Below are positions 14,851 through 18,968 of a DNA stretch of 18,968 bases, piece after piece (position 1 is the first letter of the stretch; every line of letters begins with the position of its first letter). Both the position numbers and the translations under genes were made by a program. Under the pieces are notes generated by a model. It saw nothing but the letters and a program-made list of their open reading frames with translations, did not search any database and was not told the origin of the DNA. The DNA is from Myxococcota bacterium (GTDB taxonomy: Bacteria; Myxococcota; XYA12-FULL-58-9; JALHOP01), in assembly GCA_041288095.1 (NCBI GenBank), contig JBGGMJ010000046.1, forward strand, positions 1-18,968, in the 5' to 3' direction.

Positions 14851-16857
14851 GTGAACAGCATCGCTCAAACCTCCACAGCCAAGACCTCCGACCTCGTCAC
14901 CCGCGCCGTCGCGGAAGCCGTGGTCATCGCCCAAAGCGGCAAGCCCAATGCAGGTGGCGAAGCGATTCGCGCGCTCGACGCCGAAGTCGCCCGCCTCCAG
15001 AGCGCCGGCCAAGGCCGTGAAGCCCGAGCGCTCACCGCGAGCTTCAAGTCCGCTACAGCGGTCGCTGTCGACAAGCTCGCCGGCGACATCATGAGCGGCA
15101 AGACCAAAGTGACCCAAGGCCCGGACACCGCCAAGCGCGACTTGAGCGCTGGTGGCGCCCCCGCCGGCCGCACCGCCATGTTGCGGCCGGTCTTCCCCGC
15201 GGTCGCCGACACCCGTCACACCGTCACCGACGAGCACGGCGTCACGCGTGTGGCCGCATACGACACGACCAAGGAGACTGCCCCGCTGGCGCTGCGCTGG
15301 ATGCGCGAGGCCATGCAGATCGGCGAGGTCCGCCGCAAGTTCAAGCAGTACAAGAAGCGCGTCAACGAGATCGTGAACGCTATCCCGGACAAGGAGCTCG
15401 CCTGGTCGCTGACCCGCTTCGACGCGCTCGCGACCCAAGAAGGCATCTTGCGTGACAACAACGCGCCGCTGGTCAACCAGTGGCACGACGGTCACCTCAC
15501 CTTCCAGGCGAAGCCCACCGACTTCAAGGACTCGACGCTGTCGCGCGAGGCGCTCACCTACCTGTTCAAGCAAGCCATGGACCGCGAAGAGCCGGCCGAG
15601 CGTTACGGTTGGGCCGCGGCGCGCGCGCTGCACGATCGCTTCCACCGCGTCGCACACTTCATGGGCTCGACGCTCGGTGAGCGCGTGCTCAAGGTCGCGC
15701 TCAAGGGCACGCCCGGCAACGTGCAGATGGGCTCGATCTGGATCCAAGAGGAAGCGCGTCACGGCGACATCATGGAGTCGTGTTACAACGCCATCCGCCT
15801 GCCGAACGAGCCCGAGCTCAAGCAGCAAGGCATCAACTCGGTCATGCGTCCCATGACCGACAAGGGCGCCAAGTCGATGATGCTGGCGCGCGCCTTCGCC
15901 GAGCTCGGCGCCGCCACCGGTTACCTCACGCTCAAGGGTAACGCCGTCCCCGACTCGAACGCCGACAAGGCGCTGCAAGGCATCTTCCTCGACGAGGTCT
16001 ACCACTACGTGCTCATGCGCGCGGCGAACGTCGTCGGCTACGAGCTCAACAATCGCTGGATGCACGTCGTCAGCATGCTGATCGACAGCTTCAGCTCCAC
16101 CAACCAGGAAGCGGCCGACGCCGCGGTGCACCGATTGCCCGAGTTCCTCTTGATCATGGAAGTGGCGTACGCCTTCAACGCCATCGACAAGCGCGTCGAC
16201 AAGTTCTTGAAGACGCTCACCAGGCAGCAACTCGAGGCGGGCGTTGGCCCCGTCCACCCGAAGCAGGACGACCTCAACGCGGCGTTCGCGGACGGCAGCC
16301 ACGCGCGTACCATCCCGTTCGTGATGGAGCAGAACCCCGACCTCTCGCACGAAGATGTGCTGATGCTCGAGAAGCGCTTCCCTGGCGACTACAAGCTCGA
16401 GAATCGCGTCATCCGCCAAAGCGACATCGACATGATGCTCGGCGAGTACCGCAGCCAACGCTTGAGCAATCCGAAGTACTGGATGGCCAAGAAAGGCTTC
16501 CAGGACGTCGGCAACGGCACGCTGGTACGCCGCCTCGAAGAGGGCGACGGCAGCATCACCTTGCGCTTCAAGGGCCGCGGCGAGACGCCGGATGTGCGCG
16601 TCGAGAGCGAGCACTTCGTCTCGTTCGAAGGCAACATCGGCACGATGACCATGCGCGAGATCGGCGCTCTCATCGACGCGACCGGCAGCAAGCAGTTCAA
16701 CGCGGCGCTCAAGGAGCTCGAGAAGACCGACTACGAGCGCACCAACCCACCGAAGTTCTACGAAGAGATCGTCAGGAAGCTCGGCCCGAGCGCGAAGTAC
16801 CAAGCGAAGCCGTTGACCATCATTGAAGACGTCACGGGCTTGCCCAAGGCCTCATGA
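14851..16857 (+). CDS. Ferritin-like diiron protein, acyl-ACP desaturase-like core with long N- and C-terminal extensions
   Basis: WIQEEARHG (cf. WxAEENRHG of soluble acyl-ACP desaturases), a second ExxH in DEVYH, plus candidate monodentate Glu ligands in REEPA and FAELGA. GGAG RBS before GTG; directly follows a ferredoxin reductase. Confidence 0.8.
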   Translation: MNSIAQTSTAKTSDLVTRAVAEAVVIAQSGKPNAGGEAIRALDAEVARLQSAGQGREARALTASFKSATAVAVDKLAGDIMSGKTKVTQGPDTAKRDLSAGGAPAGRTAMLRPVFPAVADTRHTVTDEHGVTRVAAYDTTKETAPLALRWMREAMQIGEVRRKFKQYKKRVNEIVNAIPDKELAWSLTRFDALATQEGILRDNNAPLVNQWHDGHLTFQAKPTDFKDSTLSREALTYLFKQAMDREEPAERYGWAAARALHDRFHRVAHFMGSTLGERVLKVALKGTPGNVQMGSIWIQEEARHGDIMESCYNAIRLPNEPELKQQGINSVMRPMTDKGAKSMMLARAFAELGAATGYLTLKGNAVPDSNADKALQGIFLDEVYHYVLMRAANVVGYELNNRWMHVVSMLIDSFSSTNQEAADAAVHRLPEFLLIMEVAYAFNAIDKRVDKFLKTLTRQQLEAGVGPVHPKQDDLNAAFADGSHARTIPFVMEQNPDLSHEDVLMLEKRFPGDYKLENRVIRQSDIDMMLGEYRSQRLSNPKYWMAKKGFQDVGNGTLVRRLEEGDGSITLRFKGRGETPDVRVESEHFVSFEGNIGTMTMREIGALIDATGSKQFNAALKELEKTDYERTNPPKFYEEIVRKLGPSAKYQAKPLTIIEDVTGLPKAS

Positions 16858-17918
16858 GCACGTCGTATCGGCGCGTCATCGTACCCAAGTTCGGCCCCGC
16901 TGACGTTTTAGCGGTAGAGACGGTCGAGACGCCGCCGCTCGGCGCGAAACAGGTGCGCGTCGAGGTGCACTTCATCGGCATCAACTACGCCGACACGCTG
17001 GCGCGACGTGGCTACTACAAGTGGGCGGGTGATCCGCCCTTCGCGCCCGGGTTCGAAGTCTCTGGTGTGATCACCGAAGTGGGCTCGGAGTCGCGCTTCA
17101 AGGTGGGCGACACCGTCATGGTGTTCAGCCGCTTTGGTGGCTACGCCGAGATTCTCACCGCCGACGAGGAGCGCGTATTCGTGCTGCCTCACGGCATGTC
17201 GTTGCAGGAAGCAGCGGCCGTGCCCGCCGTGTACGCTACAGCGCACCATGCGCTCTACGAAGTGATGCGTGTCCGCGAGGGCGAGAGCATCTTGATTCAA
17301 GCGGTCGCGGGAGGCGTTGGCCTCGCGGCGCTACAGCTCGCCAAGCACAGCGGCCTCGTCACGTATGGCACCGCGAGCTCCCCCGAGAAGCTCGCCTTCG
17401 CCGCGGAGCACGGGCTCGACCACGGCATCGACTACTCAAAGGTCGACTTCGAGGAAGAGATCGCGCGCCTCACCGACAAGCAAGGCGTGCGCTTCGTGCT
17501 CGATTCCTTGGGTGGCGAGGGGTTCCGCAAGGGCTACCGCTGCCTGTCATCGCCCGGGCACGCGCTGGTCATCGGCGGCGCCGGCATCGTCCCACCGGAG
17601 TCGACGTTCTCCGTGGAAGGCGTGCTCGAGTGGACGCGCGTCATCAGCGACTTCGTGAAGGGTGGCGTGTTTCATCCGTTCCCCCTCATCGTCGAGAACA
17701 AAGCCGTCTCGGGCATGCAGATCCTCCTGTTGTGGGATCAGCTCGAGTACCTGCGCGGCGTCGGCGAGCGCATCCTCGAGCTCTACACCAAGGGCGCCAT
17801 CAAACCATTCGTGCACGAAATCTTCCCGCTGACGGAAGCCGCTGAGGCGCATCGCTTCATCGAAGGACGCAGGTCGAAGGGCAAGCTGCTGCTGTCGACG
17901 GAGTCTGCCCATGTTTGA
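16854..17918 (+). CDS. Zinc-independent MDR oxidoreductase (VAT-1 / quinone or enoyl reductase-like)
   Basis: GINYAD, PGFEVSG, ILIQAVAGGVG nucleotide-binding loop, AAEAHRFIEGRRSKGKLLL end; ATGA overlap with the previous gene. Confidence 0.92.
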   Translation: MSTSYRRVIVPKFGPADVLAVETVETPPLGAKQVRVEVHFIGINYADTLARRGYYKWAGDPPFAPGFEVSGVITEVGSESRFKVGDTVMVFSRFGGYAEILTADEERVFVLPHGMSLQEAAAVPAVYATAHHALYEVMRVREGESILIQAVAGGVGLAALQLAKHSGLVTYGTASSPEKLAFAAEHGLDHGIDYSKVDFEEEIARLTDKQGVRFVLDSLGGEGFRKGYRCLSSPGHALVIGGAGIVPPESTFSVEGVLEWTRVISDFVKGGVFHPFPLIVENKAVSGMQILLLWDQLEYLRGVGERILELYTKGAIKPFVHEIFPLTEAAEAHRFIEGRRSKGKLLLSTESAHV

Positions 17919-18132
17919 GCTGCCATTTTTCAACTGGCGCCGAGGCGGCGGCAAGGTCGAAGCCAAGCGAACGCCAGCGACCGCGTCGGATAGCGCTCCC
18001 GTCAAGCCGGTCCCGACCGCTCCGTCGCGCGGAGAGGGGCCGCGGGGTGACTACGGCGCGCTCACGACGCCGACACCCGGCCTCGGAAGCAAGCGATCCG
18101 CGCTCGTCACCGTCCGCCTGAGCGATGTGTAG
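17911..18132 (+). CDS. Small hypothetical protein (73 aa), probable last gene of the operon
   Basis: GGAG at 17900-17903, 7 nt before ATG; 8-nt overlap with the upstream gene; fills the gap to the convergent mfd stop. Confidence 0.5.
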   Translation: MFELPFFNWRRGGGKVEAKRTPATASDSAPVKPVPTAPSRGEGPRGDYGALTTPTPGLGSKRSALVTVRLSDV

Positions 18133-18145
18133 CCACGGGGCTCGC

Positions 18146-18968
18146 TCAAGGGGTCGCCTTCAAAAGCCCGACCTCGTGGCGGATGACCCGCAGCAGATCC
18201 GCGTCCGTCGAGCCGGGCGGCATGTCGACGGTGATTTGCAAGCGCCCGCTCGGTAACAAACGATAGCGCTGCGGCTCGCGCTGCAGCTTCTTGGCGAGAT
18301 CGTCGCGGTCGAGCGGCGCTTCGGCCACGAAGGAGAGGCCCATCTTGGCGACACCCGCGTCCGCCACGGCAGACAAGGCGCTGCAGCCCATCGCCTTGAG
18401 CCGGCGGCGGATGACCATGACCTCGGCGAGCTGCGCCACTTCTTGGGGCGGGTCGCCGAAGCGCTCACCGATCTCGGTGTAGACGTCGAACACGGCCTCG
18501 TCCGTCGAAGCAGACGCCATGCGCTGGTAGAGCTCGAGGCGCAACATCGGGTCCGGGAGGTACGATTCGGGAAGGACCGCGGTGACCGGCACCTTGATGT
18601 CGGGCTCGACGTCGACACGCGCGCGCTGACCTTTGACGCGCTCGACCGCTTCGGCGAGCAGCTCGGTATAAAGCTCGAAGCCAACGGCGGCGATATTGCC
18701 GCTCTGCTCGGCGCCCAATAGGTCACCGGCGCCACGCAGGTCGAGATCGTGCGAGGCGATCTGAAAACCGCTGCCGAGCATGCTTTCGCGCTTGAGCACG
18801 GCGAGGCGCTCGACCGCGTCTTTGGTAAGGTTGTCGCCGGGCGGCAAGAGCAAATACGCGAAGGCGCGCTCACGCGAGCGGCCGATGCGGCCACGCAGCT
18901 GGTAGAGCTGCGCCAGGCCAAAAGTGTCGGCGCGGTTCACGATCATGGTGTTGGCGCTGGGGATGTCG
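18146..18968 (-). CDS. mfd: Transcription-repair coupling factor, C-terminal part (truncated by the window edge)
   Basis: DIPSANTMIVNRADTFGLAQLYQLRGRIGRS, TRG motif GSGFQIASHDLDLRGAGDLLGAEQSG and TRCF domain (LPESYLPD...RLELYQRMA). The frame stays open to the window end. Confidence 0.97.
   Translation of the reverse strand, partial: DIPSANTMIVNRADTFGLAQLYQLRGRIGRSRERAFAYLLLPPGDNLTKDAVERLAVLKRESMLGSGFQIASHDLDLRGAGDLLGAEQSGNIAAVGFELYTELLAEAVERVKGQRARVDVEPDIKVPVTAVLPESYLPDPMLRLELYQRMASASTDEAVFDVYTEIGERFGDPPQEVAQLAEVMVIRRRLKAMGCSALSAVADAGVAKMGLSFVAEAPLDRDDLAKKLQREPQRYRLLPSGRLQITVDMPPGSTDADLLRVIRHEVGLLKATP

Noticed and set aside
14845-16803. 652-aa - strand ORF
   Set aside because: Codon-register mirror of the diiron protein gene; no motifs and no RBS.
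1-18968. CRISPR array, IS/integrase, prophage or anti-phage defence genes; T3SS apparatus genes
   Set aside because: No regularly spaced repeats, terminal repeats or matching protein motifs were seen. The secretion hypothesis rests on substrates and promoters only.

Overview
High-GC bacterial chromosomal window whose gene content and order suggest Myxococcota or another deltaproteobacterium (inference). The housekeeping and envelope backbone is on the minus strand: the 3' end of mfd, two parvulin-type PPIase lipoproteins, surA, pdxA, and at the left end a degP/htrA protease. Accessory loci are interleaved with it. (i) An orphan at 1720-2649 has a C-terminus resembling type III secretion needle/filament subunits. 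(ii) A divergent pair of apparent pseudoenzymes: a metzincin-TPR lipoprotein with HHxxH in place of HExxH, and an HD-like frame broken by an in-frame TAA. (iii) A candidate sigma54-driven multi-hairpin sRNA at about 6371-6530. (iv) A two-TM orphan at 6616-7491. (v) A 6.6 kb block between mfd and the PPIases with a 630-aa orphan and a divergent operon for an FAD/NAD/2Fe-2S reductase, a large acyl-ACP-desaturase-like diiron protein, a VAT-1-like MDR reductase and a small protein. Four accessory transcription units are preceded by the same sigma28-like motif, GCA(A/C)C-N14/15-NCCGA(T/A)NN, and their products have low-complexity N-termini without Sec signals. This suggests a dispersed regulon of possibly type III-exported proteins. 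No mobile elements, tRNA/rRNA or CRISPR arrays were seen.
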